A stretch of 64,000 bases of DNA from Minisyncoccia bacterium (GCA_965656375.1 CBFHKH010000001.1:514845-578844), one strand, 5' to 3'; positions 22,991-33,105 are shown, counted from the first letter of the stretch. Numbers and translations: made by a program. The notes: generated by a model from the sequence alone, not told the origin.

Positions 22991-23532
22991 TTAATTAAAA
23001 CAGTTGTAATACCTGATACGTTATCCTTTTCGAGAAAACCTTGGTATTTCTGTAGTTCAGGTAGTTCTATCCCTTTTAAGTCAGAGAAATATATTTTAGT
23101 TTTGAATTTTTTACTGAGAATTTTATCTTTAAAACTACACGTATCAATATCTCCGGAAATTATCAATTTTTGCTTCTCGCTAACTAAATCAAAAACTCTT
23201 TCTTCAAAGAGATCGATATTTTTAATAATGATAACTCTATCGTTGATATCTAGCAGTGTGTCCATACACTTAGTAAATTCCTCTGCCTGATCTTTCAGAA
23301 AAAATATAACCCTGTCATCTTCTGCGCTCAATAAAGAGGTTTGTTTTTTGAATTCCTGCTTGGCCATTTCATACCCAGTAAGAAATAATAGTTTAGAACC
23401 ATGAGCAAATAAATTCGCAGCAATCGTAATGGTATAGAGCGATGCCCCTGCCTTATCTTCGCCATGAAGTAGAAGGGGTAAATCATTCTCCGCGTACAGA
23501 AACTTTTCTTCATTTAATAGGATTTCATTCAT
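22987..23532 (-). CDS. DnaB C-terminal/RecA-like domain protein with degenerate Walker A
   Basis: LLLHGEDKAGASLYTITIAANLFAHGSKLLFLTGYEM aligns by eye to DnaB LIIIAARPSMGKTAFALNIAQNVA...FSLEM, but GKT is replaced by GAS. Confidence 0.4.
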   Translation of the reverse strand: MNEILLNEEKFLYAENDLPLLLHGEDKAGASLYTITIAANLFAHGSKLLFLTGYEMAKQEFKKQTSLLSAEDDRVIFFLKDQAEEFTKCMDTLLDINDRVIIIKNIDLFEERVFDLVSEKQKLIISGDIDTCSFKDKILSKKFKTKIYFSDLKGIELPELQKYQGFLEKDNVSGITTVLIN

Positions 23533-23816
23533 AAATTTATTGTATCAAATTTGCTGCGGGCAGTGTGGTACGCAGTTGGAACCAAGTTAATAATCGATTA
23601 GCTAATTGCTGACGCATCTTTCACCGAATAAAATTGTACGAATAAAACTTGAATCGTACATCGTCCATGGCTGATTATTATATTTTATATAAGAAATTGA
23701 ATTACAGTCCCTTGGTGTTGCAAGAGGATTGAAATTATTAAGGGGAGTAAATCGAAGAATTATTAATAATGCGATTAAGATTACTATCCATTTCATACGT
23801 CTCAGTATAGCATTTC

Positions 23817-23904
23817 TGCGGAGGCGGTGAGATTCGAACTCACGGTCCTTTAAAGGGACGACGGTTTAGTAAACCGTTGATTTAAACCACTCATCCACGC
23901 CTCC
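23817..23904 (-). tRNA. class II (Ser-type, long variable arm) tRNA with apparent anticodon ACU
   Basis: GGAGGCG-TG-GAT-(11-nt D-loop)-ATC-A-ACGGT-TTACTAA-ACCGT-(variable arm)-GTGAG-TTCGAAT-CTCAC-CGCCTCC-G; the cloverleaf folds cleanly and positions 34-36 read ACT. Confidence 0.7.
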
Positions 23905-23919
23905 GTATGAAAGACTATA

Positions 23920-24228
23920 CTACAGTATAGTCTTTTTAGAAAGTAGTCTCTTACGATGAGGAGTATAGTACCACCATGGTCTCGCAGGTTGTCCTTTCAT
24001 AAAATCTACCACTGCCATAAATGTATCGAGTACACACGGGTCTTGCTTTGAATGAGTAATAGTTTGCAGTTTGTTATACATTTTGAGCGGATCTTGTTTC
24101 ACTAAATCTTTTGGATTTTTAATTCCAAGTATTCGAAAATCTCGAGCAATACGCGGTCCTACATTTGGAATTTCTTCGAATCTTTTCACTTTTGTATGAT
24201 CAGATACTTTCATACCAAGAGTATACAC
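23920..24228 (-). CDS. helix-hairpin-helix DNA-binding protein (TfoX-C / Cdd1-like)
   Basis: About 95 aa with IPNVGPRIARDFRILGI, an HhH motif; flanked by two tRNA genes. Confidence 0.45.
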   Translation of the reverse strand: MYTLGMKVSDHTKVKRFEEIPNVGPRIARDFRILGIKNPKDLVKQDPLKMYNKLQTITHSKQDPCVLDTFMAVVDFMKGQPARPWWYYTPHRKRLLSKKTIL

Positions 24229-24268
24229 TTATTTTGAGTAAAAATAGTAAATATGATAAGGTGTATTC

Positions 24269-24357
24269 GGAGACGTGTCGGAGTGGTCTAACGTACCTCC
24301 TTGCTAAGGAGGCAGGCTTTAATCGGCCTCGAGAGTTCGAATCTCTCCGTCTCCGCA
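24269..24357 (+). tRNA. tRNA-Ser (anticodon GCU)
   Basis: GGAGACG...CCTCC-TTGCTAA-GGAGG..., long variable arm, T-loop TTCGAAT. Confidence 0.85.
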
Positions 24358-24361
24358 GTTT

Positions 24362-24395
24362 TAAAAATAGCCCGATTTTGATCGGGCTATTTTTA
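24362..24395 (+). terminator. rho-independent terminator after tRNA-Ser
   Basis: AAATAGCCCGAT-tttg-ATCGGGCTATTT followed by a T-run. Confidence 0.6.
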
Positions 24396-24444
24396 TTATC
24401 GGCGAATCTTACGTCTAGTGATTTTCGGAACTTTTATCCGCCTC

Positions 24445-24648
24445 TTAATCCTTAAACTCCAAAATATCGCCAGGCTGGCAATCGAGCGCTTTACAGATTG
24501 CTTCGAGTGTCGAGAATCGGATCGCTCTCGCCTTTCCATTCTTCAATATCGAAATATTCGCCATCGTTATGCCGACTTTTTCTGCAAGTTCGGTTACGCT
24601 CATTTTTCTTTTTGCGAGCATTACATCTATGTTGATTATTATTGCCAT
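24445..24648 (-). CDS. XRE-family HTH transcriptional regulator (YozG-like)
   Basis: 67 aa, MAIIINIDVMLAKRKMSVTELAEKVGITMANIS..., a Cro/C1 HTH. Confidence 0.8.
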   Translation of the reverse strand: MAIIINIDVMLAKRKMSVTELAEKVGITMANISILKNGKARAIRFSTLEAICKALDCQPGDILEFKD

Positions 24649-24654
24649 AATTTT

Positions 24655-25137
24655 TTATACTGTTAGTTCATTTTCTGACTGTATATCGATCGCATTTTTA
24701 AGTAACTTCTCAAGTACTGCAGCAAAGACAGCGACTACAGCTGGAGCAGCCGCGATAACCATACCTACGATCAGAAGTCCCGGAGCATCATCTAACTCTG
24801 CGATCGGGTAAAGGAGGGGTACACCTCCGATATAGAGGACTGCGATAGTAGCTGCGCAGTATTTTATAGTACGAAGCGCTTTCACCGACATAGCTGAAAA
24901 TGCTTTATTCTGGTCGATAGAGCGAAGCAATTTAAATCCCTGTCCGAGTGCTATAAAGAATGGCACCACAGTAGCATAGAGACCGATCATAATCAAAAAG
25001 AGAATATGAGACGCCGATGGGAATTCCTCTCTGCCATCTATCCATATATGCGGCAATGCAAAGATACAAAGTGCAAGCACTGCTAATCCTAGAAAAAATA
25101 TTGCAAACCGCAAGAAGTGAGTTGATTTTCGTTTCAT
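24655..25137 (-). CDS. DUF2975-type membrane protein (usual partner of YozG regulators)
   Basis: 160 aa with four TM helices, immediately downstream of the XRE gene. Confidence 0.6.
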   Translation of the reverse strand: MKRKSTHFLRFAIFFLGLAVLALCIFALPHIWIDGREEFPSASHILFLIMIGLYATVVPFFIALGQGFKLLRSIDQNKAFSAMSVKALRTIKYCAATIAVLYIGGVPLLYPIAELDDAPGLLIVGMVIAAAPAVVAVFAAVLEKLLKNAIDIQSENELTV

Positions 25138-25200
25138 AGATATATAGTAATTTATCGCTTATCGTTTGTCAATATATTGTTATTGTTATAAATATCAGCT

Positions 25201-26277
25201 ATGGAGGTCGGGGATATAAAAAATGCTAGAATACTCTTGCACGATATGAAGTATCTTTTTTATACAAGTTCAGAACAAGCATGGAGAGGGTTCAAGATCG
25301 CCTTGGAATCTGCAAAAGAATCCATCTATATAGAGATGTATATATTTGTAGATGATGCGCCCGAAGCAAAAGAACTTCTTGAGATACTCGCCCAAAAAGC
25401 AAAGTCAGGGGTGTCAGTTAAAATCATCCTCGATGGATTCGGAAGCAAGGAACTCTCTTCTCGTGCGATAGATATGCTTGAGCATGCAGGTGTCGAATTA
25501 CTATTCTTTACTGCAGTATTTCGAAGACTACATCGCAAGATCATGATCATTGATGAGAAGATAGGTTTTGTAGGAGGCGTAAATATACATAAAAGTGCAC
25601 GTCTGTGGAATGACTTACTTATTCGAGTAGAAGGAAAAATAGTGCATTCACTGATACGATCATTTGCGAAAATATACAAGGCATGCGAAGGGAATAGTAG
25701 GTATCTTTTGAAATATCGAAAGAAGGCACCCTTTGGACGTACTCGCATTTGGTTCCTGGAACATTTTCCTGGGATGCATCGAATGCGGTTAAAAGATTAT
25801 TATATGGAAGCTCTCCTAGAAGCACAGAAAGAAGTGATCATTGTCACTCCATACTTCCTCCCCCACCGATGGCTCAAAAAGATTTTGCGAGAAACACATC
25901 AACGAGGAATTATGATAAAAGTTTTTGTACCTCAGCGAACAGATATCTCACTCATTACAAAAGCAAACTATACCTATATGCGACTGATGGGCCAAGACGG
26001 TATAGAGTTCTATACCCTTCCGATCATGAATCACGCAAAGCTTTTGCTCATTGATGAGAATCGTGCGCTTGTCGGTTCGCAAAATATTGATGCACTCTCA
26101 TTTGACTACAATGCTGAAGCGGGACTCTATTTTGATGACCCCATAATGATCAGAGATCTGAAAACAATCATTGAAAAGTGGCAGAAAACATCCACTCTTT
26201 TCAACCCTAATCATCCAGTGAGTCTCATTGATCGATTTTATTCATACATGGTCAGACTCTTACAGCCATTTTTATAA
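25201..26277 (+). CDS. phospholipase D / cardiolipin-synthase family protein
   Basis: Two HKD motifs: LHRKIMIID and NHAKLLLID...GSQN. Confidence 0.8.
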   Translation: MEVGDIKNARILLHDMKYLFYTSSEQAWRGFKIALESAKESIYIEMYIFVDDAPEAKELLEILAQKAKSGVSVKIILDGFGSKELSSRAIDMLEHAGVELLFFTAVFRRLHRKIMIIDEKIGFVGGVNIHKSARLWNDLLIRVEGKIVHSLIRSFAKIYKACEGNSRYLLKYRKKAPFGRTRIWFLEHFPGMHRMRLKDYYMEALLEAQKEVIIVTPYFLPHRWLKKILRETHQRGIMIKVFVPQRTDISLITKANYTYMRLMGQDGIEFYTLPIMNHAKLLLIDENRALVGSQNIDALSFDYNAEAGLYFDDPIMIRDLKTIIEKWQKTSTLFNPNHPVSLIDRFYSYMVRLLQPFL

Positions 26278-26285
26278 AATAAAAA

Positions 26286-26312
26286 AAGCAGTAGTAATTA
26301 CTGCCTTTTAAA
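26286..26312. terminator. bidirectional terminator
   Basis: GCAGTAGTAATTACTGC palindrome between convergent genes. Confidence 0.55.
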
Positions 26313-26325
26313 ACAAAAAAATCTA

Positions 26326-27840
26326 TTAAAGTGAACGGAAATAATAATTTTCATCCGTGCCCTTTTGCATTTCGACAACCTTTGCCTTTAGCCCATCTTT
26401 ATAATCTCTGAGGTACGACCGAACACCTACATCACTGATCGCTAAGATCTGAAGTGCAAGTAATCCTGCATTCGCTGCGCCATCTATAGCCATCGTTGCC
26501 ACTGGCACGCCGGCTGGCATCTGAACGATAGAAAGCATGGAATCGAGGCCAATCATCGAATTGGATGATTTTACCGGTACACCAATCACGGGTAATGTAG
26601 TATTCGCAGCAATCATTCCTGGCAGATGTGCAGCGCCACCAGCACCAGCAATAATAACTTTTATACCCTTTCTTATAGACCCTTCGGCATATTTGGTTAA
26701 TCTCGCAGGCGTGCGGTGCGCAGATATAATTCCAAGTTCAAAGGTAACCCCTGCCGCAGTTAAAACTTCAGCAGCTTTTTGCATAATGGGTAAATCGCTT
26801 TCGCTACCCATCACGATACTTACTTCTGCTCCTTCAATACGTGTGCGGATTTTTACCAGTGCGTTAAGGATTGGATCACCTTTTGTTGCAGAGTATACGG
26901 CAACATCATCCGTAAATTCACGGCCAACAACTTGCTCGTACAACTCTTCATAACGGTTACTGATGCCTTCGATGAATCCCTCATCGAATTCTGGCATTAC
27001 TTCTCCTGGTTTACCAGAAAACCCATTTTCTATCAGATATTGGCGAACAAACTCTTTGGAAAGTGCTTTTGGTTCCTCTCCTTTTGCGAATGCTTCATTG
27101 TATCCTTCCTTATACCAGTACCGGCTACTATCTGGCGTATGGATTTCATCTATCAGATAAACTTTTCCATCCGGCCCTTTGCCAAACTCATATTTAGTAT
27201 CCACTAATATGAGATTCCGATCATCTGCCATCTTTTGCCCTCTGGCAAAAAGTTTTAATGCTTTTTCGCTAATAAATTTCCATTCTTCTTCTGTAGCCAG
27301 CCCTCTTTCAACAATTTCTTTTGCTGAAATGTCTTCATCATGCTTTCCTCCATCAGCTTTAGTTGTAGGAGTAATTAGTAGTTGGGGGAATTTTTCATTT
27401 TTCTTCAAACTAAAATCTAATGCATATTCCCACGGTAACTTTTTCCTTTCCTGGTAATAATTCCGGTAGAAAGAACCGGTATTAAAAGCACGAACAATTA
27501 CTTCAATTTTAAATGGCACTGTTTTGCGCCAGATTGAGGTGTTCGCAGTCGGAACAGCAAGCATGCAGTTAGGAATGATATCCTTTGTTGCGTTCATAAA
27601 ATGTGCAGAAATTAAATTTAATACTGCACCTTTATTCTCTACCTGAAATGGCAGTATGTAGTCGAAGGCAGAAATACTATCTGTAGTTTCTGCAACTATT
27701 ACCTCGCCAACGGTGAAGACTTCCCTTACCTTGCCTTTGTAATAGCCAGTCTGGCCGGGATATTTATTATTTTGCATAATGTTTGGTAAACCAATTGTTC
27801 TATGTGGAAGGTTAACCCACTTTTTTATTTTGAATTTCAC
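26326..27840 (-). CDS. purCE: bifunctional SAICAR synthetase / AIR carboxylase (PurC-PurE fusion)
   Basis: N-terminal approx 300 aa SAICAR-synthetase-like; C-terminal approx 160 aa PurE (SIVMGSESDLPIM...AHRTP...IIAGAGGAAHLPGM). Confidence 0.8.
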   Translation of the reverse strand: MKFKIKKWVNLPHRTIGLPNIMQNNKYPGQTGYYKGKVREVFTVGEVIVAETTDSISAFDYILPFQVENKGAVLNLISAHFMNATKDIIPNCMLAVPTANTSIWRKTVPFKIEVIVRAFNTGSFYRNYYQERKKLPWEYALDFSLKKNEKFPQLLITPTTKADGGKHDEDISAKEIVERGLATEEEWKFISEKALKLFARGQKMADDRNLILVDTKYEFGKGPDGKVYLIDEIHTPDSSRYWYKEGYNEAFAKGEEPKALSKEFVRQYLIENGFSGKPGEVMPEFDEGFIEGISNRYEELYEQVVGREFTDDVAVYSATKGDPILNALVKIRTRIEGAEVSIVMGSESDLPIMQKAAEVLTAAGVTFELGIISAHRTPARLTKYAEGSIRKGIKVIIAGAGGAAHLPGMIAANTTLPVIGVPVKSSNSMIGLDSMLSIVQMPAGVPVATMAIDGAANAGLLALQILAISDVGVRSYLRDYKDGLKAKVVEMQKGTDENYYFRSL

Positions 27841-27941
27841 TCACCATACAACATATTATGGGATAAAGCAAACACTCTACATGCATCAAAAAAGCATGTG
27901 CCATATTTCATGACACATGCTTCCAAAACATTTTAGATTCC

Positions 27942-29072
27942 TTATTTATACACAAAAGTATTCCCTGAAAATTTTGAAGTTATCAAAAGTTGCGATGTTG
28001 ACCTCTCTTCTATCACGCCAGCAACTCGGGCCTGTATTCCAAATTGCGTTGCGTGTGTGATAAATGAATCTGCTTCATTTGAATCAACTACAACAAGTGC
28101 ACCTTGTCCACAACTCCACTTTTCATACAAAAGCTCATCAGAAAATCCAGACCACCGGGCCATATCTGCCACAATTGAAGGGGGTTCCCACAAATTGTGT
28201 AACTTCGCTGAAAGTCCTTTCCTTTTTAAAACATCATCAAAGAATTTTGATTTAAAAGATCCACCGGAAAGATGGCAAATCAAATGCGGCTTGATGTAGT
28301 GCTCAAAATTATTATCTATGTTATACCAGCCATTAAGAGATGCAAGAAAGTAATCATACAGCACCGAAGGTTCAGCGATCTTTTCAACAAGCTCTTTTTG
28401 TTGCCACCACTCTGGGCCAAATTGCTTTTCCATTGTTGCTCGCACGGCAGATATACCGTTTGAACGAAAGCCATTTTCTTTCAAAGCAATAATAACTTGC
28501 CCTGAGGCTAACGTCTCACCGGTGATACGTTTATCAGGATGTATGATCCCAATCATAAACCCTGACCAATTGTATTTTAGTGTAGCAGCAGGATTCGGAC
28601 TTGAAACGCAGACACTGAGTTCTGCAGTTTCACCTTTGATGCATGCAAACTTACCTTTGTTTGCAACTTCTACCAATCCATCAAATAAAGCCTGTGCGGC
28701 TAAAAAGCTTTTGTCATCCTTTGTATCTCCAAGTTTTGAAACATCAAGCACATTAGAGAATACTACGGGCAACCCACCATTGCGGGTGATATCACCGCTT
28801 GTCATAGCACCAAGGTCGTATGCACTTTTTCTGTGGAAACAAGCCGCATCGCTCAGTAATACTTTCGTTCCATTACCATCAGGAGCTATAATCATCCGAA
28901 TATTCGGTAAATGATTAATGATACTGAAGGATATTTCTGAACGAAAATGATCGTCAGGCTTGTCTACATCTACCCATATCGAATTGCCATGGGTAGTTCG
29001 GGTTAGTTTACCCGCATAGACGCTAATCAAGTCTCCTAGAGGCAGATTAACGGGGTCTTTAATTTTGCTCAT
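27942..29072 (-). CDS. purM: AIR synthetase (PurM family)
   Basis: APDGNGTKVLL resembles the PurM DGVGTK motif; KGETAELSV and RSNGISAVR blocks are also present. Confidence 0.75.
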   Translation of the reverse strand: MSKIKDPVNLPLGDLISVYAGKLTRTTHGNSIWVDVDKPDDHFRSEISFSIINHLPNIRMIIAPDGNGTKVLLSDAACFHRKSAYDLGAMTSGDITRNGGLPVVFSNVLDVSKLGDTKDDKSFLAAQALFDGLVEVANKGKFACIKGETAELSVCVSSPNPAATLKYNWSGFMIGIIHPDKRITGETLASGQVIIALKENGFRSNGISAVRATMEKQFGPEWWQQKELVEKIAEPSVLYDYFLASLNGWYNIDNNFEHYIKPHLICHLSGGSFKSKFFDDVLKRKGLSAKLHNLWEPPSIVADMARWSGFSDELLYEKWSCGQGALVVVDSNEADSFITHATQFGIQARVAGVIEERSTSQLLITSKFSGNTFVYK

Positions 29073-29142
29073 ATTATTGTTTTAAGTTTTAAAAATAGTG
29101 ATTTTCCTTTACTTAACCATATTTCGTCTCTAAATGCAAAAA

Positions 29143-29172
29143 AAATTCCGTGGTCGTAATAACCACGGAATT
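29143..29172 (-). terminator. intercistronic hairpin between purL and purM
   Basis: CCGTGG-tcgtaataa-CCACGG with flanking A/T runs. Confidence 0.45.
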
Positions 29173-29194
29173 CCATGCTGTTCGCATTTTTCTT

Positions 29195-32100
29195 TTATTG
29201 AGACTCTACATCTTGGTAAAGCCAAAGGTACATATTCACGAATGCTTTTGCCCAGACTGGAGTTGTAAAATTCCAATCCTTTGGTTTGTATGGCAAATGA
29301 TCATTACTCGCCGATACCCGTTCGATGTGTGGCATCATAAATGTGTGACGACCATTTTCTGTACAAAGCCCGGCAATTGCATTTGGTGATCCATTCGGAT
29401 TGAAAGGATAGTCATCTGTTTTCCGCCCATTGCTATCTGCGTACTGTACGGCAACTAATCCCAATGACTCTATCCATTCACTATCGTAGTCTGGCAAAAA
29501 CAACTTGCCTTCACCATGAGCTGACCATGCAGGGAGTATAGAGCCCTCCATTCCACTAAACATAATGGATGTTGTATTTTCTGGTATCAACAAATTCACT
29601 GGACGATGCTCAAATATACCTGAATCATTATGGAGGAGCCGTGGCTTCTGTCCAAGTGATTCATCGAGCACACCAAGCAATGTCGCAACCTGAAAACCAT
29701 TACATACCCCAAATGAAAGCGTGTCTGGTCGGGCATAGAAATCATCAAACATCTTCTTCAATTTTTCATTGAATAAGATGCTCGCAGCCCATCCTTTACC
29801 AGATCCACCTACATCTCCATACGAGAACCCACCGGCAAATGCTATCACATTGAAATCTTTCAAATCATAGGCACCTTTGATAAGCTCGTTCATCTGGATA
29901 ACGGATACGCTAAATTGCTGTTCCATTCTTCCAAACATAAATGCAAGCTCGTGGTGACCATTTGTACCAGGAGCTGCTAAAACTGCAACCTTGAACTTTT
30001 TATCCGTTGGAATTTTTTGATCTTCGTCTGGATTGAAGGTGAGTTTACAATTTTGTCTGAAATGCAATTCCCTACTTAAAAGCTTATGAGGCATTCCAAG
30101 TTGTTTTTTTATTTGCTTGCCGGTCTCTCTAAACCATTCTCGTACATCACTTGCAAATGGAGAATATTTAGTATCCTTTCCATAAAAAGTAAAATACTTG
30201 GACGATGATTTCACAGAACCAATAATACTAGCTTTTAATCCTGTATCTTGTGCCATCTGTATGATCTCTTCATTTTGCGTACGCCTGCATTGCACAATTA
30301 CTCCAATTTCTTCGTTAAAATAAAAACTTGCATATTCAGTTTCTGTGGGATTCTGAACGTGAGCCTCTACCTGTGAAGCAATGGACATTTTTGCAATTGT
30401 AGGAAGTAACCCTCCTTTTATCTTTGGTGAACCTGCAAGGATCATATTGTCTTTGACTAAACGTTGCACCAATTCAAAAAGTGCTTTTGCTTTTTTAGGA
30501 TTTGCATCAGGAACCTCATTACCAGTTTCACCATGAGCTTCACATAGTGCACTACCTCCCATACGTCCTCTGTTCTCTTCAAGCTCAATAAGGATAAGAT
30601 CTGTTGATCCTTCTCCTCCTTTGAGCTCCGGAGTAATCCGGCTTCGAAAATTATCTAGATGAACATATGGCTCTAAAATAAATGTCGGGAAAGACATCAC
30701 TGCATTTCCGTCAAAATTAACAGAGAGCGACGAGCTATCCTTACCTCCATCTATTCCAAAGCCTACATCAGCAAGTGCATCTGTAATCGCACTGTATGCG
30801 CTATAGAGTCGTGCTTTCATACCTGGCTGTTTAAACGGCCACATCACATTTAAGCGTCCTTTCATCATTTCTATTCCACCAGGAATTTCTACAAATGAAA
30901 GTGTTGCGAGCATGTGTGCAACAGTCATCCGGGCTGTAGCTTTCTCATCGATGAGCATCGCCACTGGATTGCTGCGTGCGATAGTAGAAACCACGCCAGT
31001 TGTGCCGGTAAAACCATCTGACATAATTGCATACGGGCAAATGGGAAGTTGGTACTCCCCGCTCCGCGGCCCTTGCACAACTCGTCCACCGACGGAACCA
31101 TCGAAATGGTCAGTCATATAGCCAAGGAGCGCTACTCCGGGAATCTGAGCAACCTTTTTAAAATGCTCATCAATACACAGATCAGAAATTACAAATGGTT
31201 GAAATGTAAACTCAATCAAAGTATCGGTATACGTCTTCTGGGGAAGGCTTCCCAGGATTTCAGGCAATGTCAGTGAAACTGGAGTTGATCTATCACGTGA
31301 GTCAGAAACTACAATTTTTGCTGAATCATTTGTCTCTCCCAAAATCTCTATTGGGCATTCAAATTTTTTACAAATATCCTTGAATAACTCAAGGTTCTCG
31401 TTCTTAATAAGAATTCCATACAGTTCCTGTGCTTCCGCTATCCAGATTTCAGTTTGGGAAAGCGAAGAGTCCCCTATTTGCATTTTTGCAAGATCAATAG
31501 AGCCTCCTGACGGATTTGTCAGTTCAGTGATTACATTAGAAGCACCGCCTGCGCCTTGATCATGTACTGCTTCTATAGGATTTTTATCTCCCATATATAC
31601 GCAATACTCGATCACGTTGTACGCACTGCGACCCATTAATGGTTCTCCTCTTTGCACTGATGCAAAATCAAGATCTGACTTGTTGTCGCCAGTATTCATA
31701 GAGCTTGCAGCTCCACCACCAACACCAATACGCCGTGTAGCACCACCGATTCGTACAATCATCATACCTGGTATAGCATCCATCTTGTCTTTTGCTAAAG
31801 CCCTAATAGAACCTACCGCACATGTATAGATGATAGGTTTTATAGATTCAAACCTTTGTCCTCCTGGCAAAATAACTCCAAGTGAATCATTACCAAAAAG
31901 TAATGTCGGTTCTCCAAACGGATTACCATAACCCGAGGCACCCTTTATTGATCCTACCAACACTTCGGTAGGGGTTGCCATATTTTTAGGATATGACCAT
32001 AGAGGAGCTCCGTGGATCCGAAGTTTTCCCGTCTGAAAATATACTCCACCAAATCCGATAAGTGATCCGCAGCCAATAGCAGCAATATCACGCAATCTTC

Positions 32101-32986
32101 CACCAACTCCCGTAGCAGCACCAGGATATGGACTGATTAGAGTGGGGTGATTGTGTGTTTCTGCTGTAGCAGTGTGGTTCATAGGGATCTGTACTAGTCG
32201 GTATACACCATCTGACCCAGGTAAGAACATTTCAACCATGCTCCCTTTAAGGATACCTCCGTTGTCTTTAAATGCTTTCACGCTCCCATGCGGATTCTTT
32301 TTTAAAGTTTGTTTTACCATATGAAAAAGAGTTTCTTTCATTTCTTCTCCACCGATGATAAATCTCCCTCCAAATTCCCAGTGTCGGCAATGACTGCTGT
32401 TACCCTGGGCAACCTGCATCAGTTCTACAATTGTAGGATTACGTTTATAGTCAGATACAAACAAATTATAATAATAATTCATATCAAACTCGTCCATACC
32501 CATACCGTATTGTTTATTTACCTCTTTAAACATGTCTATCCCTCCATGTATGAGATCAACGTCGAACGTTTTCTCTACATGAAATAAAGGAATCAATGTT
32601 TTTGGTAGGGCCGTGTACACAGACTCGGTCATACGATCATACGGCGGGCTCTCACCATCAGTGCAGGAGTACGCAGTAAATTGTTCGATCCTGAGGATAT
32701 TTTTCAATCCAAAAGATATACAAATTTTACGTAACTTTTCTGATTCTGGCGTTTCGAATCGCAGATTCGGTCCAACAAAAAAATTGTAAGTCCCACCCAC
32801 AGTAGATGTTCGTTCAGTTAGTACAGATGGATTGAGCATCACTGCATGTTCACTTGTCACAGTTGGATTTAATATCCACTTGAGACGCAAGATGTCAGTT
32901 GAATTCAAATTACCATTTGATTCAACCACAAAAATACATGGCTGATTGTCTCCTCCATTAAAGAAGAATGTGTTTTGAGTCTTCAT
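29195..32986 (-). CDS. purL: phosphoribosylformylglycinamidine synthase, single-chain large form
   Basis: 1263 aa with N-terminal SHCRH, central FGAM-synthase domains and a C-terminal class I glutamine amidotransferase motif GVCNGFQ. Confidence 0.93.
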   Translation of the reverse strand: MKTQNTFFFNGGDNQPCIFVVESNGNLNSTDILRLKWILNPTVTSEHAVMLNPSVLTERTSTVGGTYNFFVGPNLRFETPESEKLRKICISFGLKNILRIEQFTAYSCTDGESPPYDRMTESVYTALPKTLIPLFHVEKTFDVDLIHGGIDMFKEVNKQYGMGMDEFDMNYYYNLFVSDYKRNPTIVELMQVAQGNSSHCRHWEFGGRFIIGGEEMKETLFHMVKQTLKKNPHGSVKAFKDNGGILKGSMVEMFLPGSDGVYRLVQIPMNHTATAETHNHPTLISPYPGAATGVGGRLRDIAAIGCGSLIGFGGVYFQTGKLRIHGAPLWSYPKNMATPTEVLVGSIKGASGYGNPFGEPTLLFGNDSLGVILPGGQRFESIKPIIYTCAVGSIRALAKDKMDAIPGMMIVRIGGATRRIGVGGGAASSMNTGDNKSDLDFASVQRGEPLMGRSAYNVIEYCVYMGDKNPIEAVHDQGAGGASNVITELTNPSGGSIDLAKMQIGDSSLSQTEIWIAEAQELYGILIKNENLELFKDICKKFECPIEILGETNDSAKIVVSDSRDRSTPVSLTLPEILGSLPQKTYTDTLIEFTFQPFVISDLCIDEHFKKVAQIPGVALLGYMTDHFDGSVGGRVVQGPRSGEYQLPICPYAIMSDGFTGTTGVVSTIARSNPVAMLIDEKATARMTVAHMLATLSFVEIPGGIEMMKGRLNVMWPFKQPGMKARLYSAYSAITDALADVGFGIDGGKDSSSLSVNFDGNAVMSFPTFILEPYVHLDNFRSRITPELKGGEGSTDLILIELEENRGRMGGSALCEAHGETGNEVPDANPKKAKALFELVQRLVKDNMILAGSPKIKGGLLPTIAKMSIASQVEAHVQNPTETEYASFYFNEEIGVIVQCRRTQNEEIIQMAQDTGLKASIIGSVKSSSKYFTFYGKDTKYSPFASDVREWFRETGKQIKKQLGMPHKLLSRELHFRQNCKLTFNPDEDQKIPTDKKFKVAVLAAPGTNGHHELAFMFGRMEQQFSVSVIQMNELIKGAYDLKDFNVIAFAGGFSYGDVGGSGKGWAASILFNEKLKKMFDDFYARPDTLSFGVCNGFQVATLLGVLDESLGQKPRLLHNDSGIFEHRPVNLLIPENTTSIMFSGMEGSILPAWSAHGEGKLFLPDYDSEWIESLGLVAVQYADSNGRKTDDYPFNPNGSPNAIAGLCTENGRHTFMMPHIERVSASNDHLPYKPKDWNFTTPVWAKAFVNMYLWLYQDVESQ

Positions 32987-33105
32987 TTTATTTAGTTTTA
33001 AAGGTGATTAGAAAATTAGAAATAGGATATTTCTCCAACTAAAACACATTTATGGGTAAAAAGCAATTCACCATTATTTACAATAAATTCTGATATACTA
33101 CGTAG

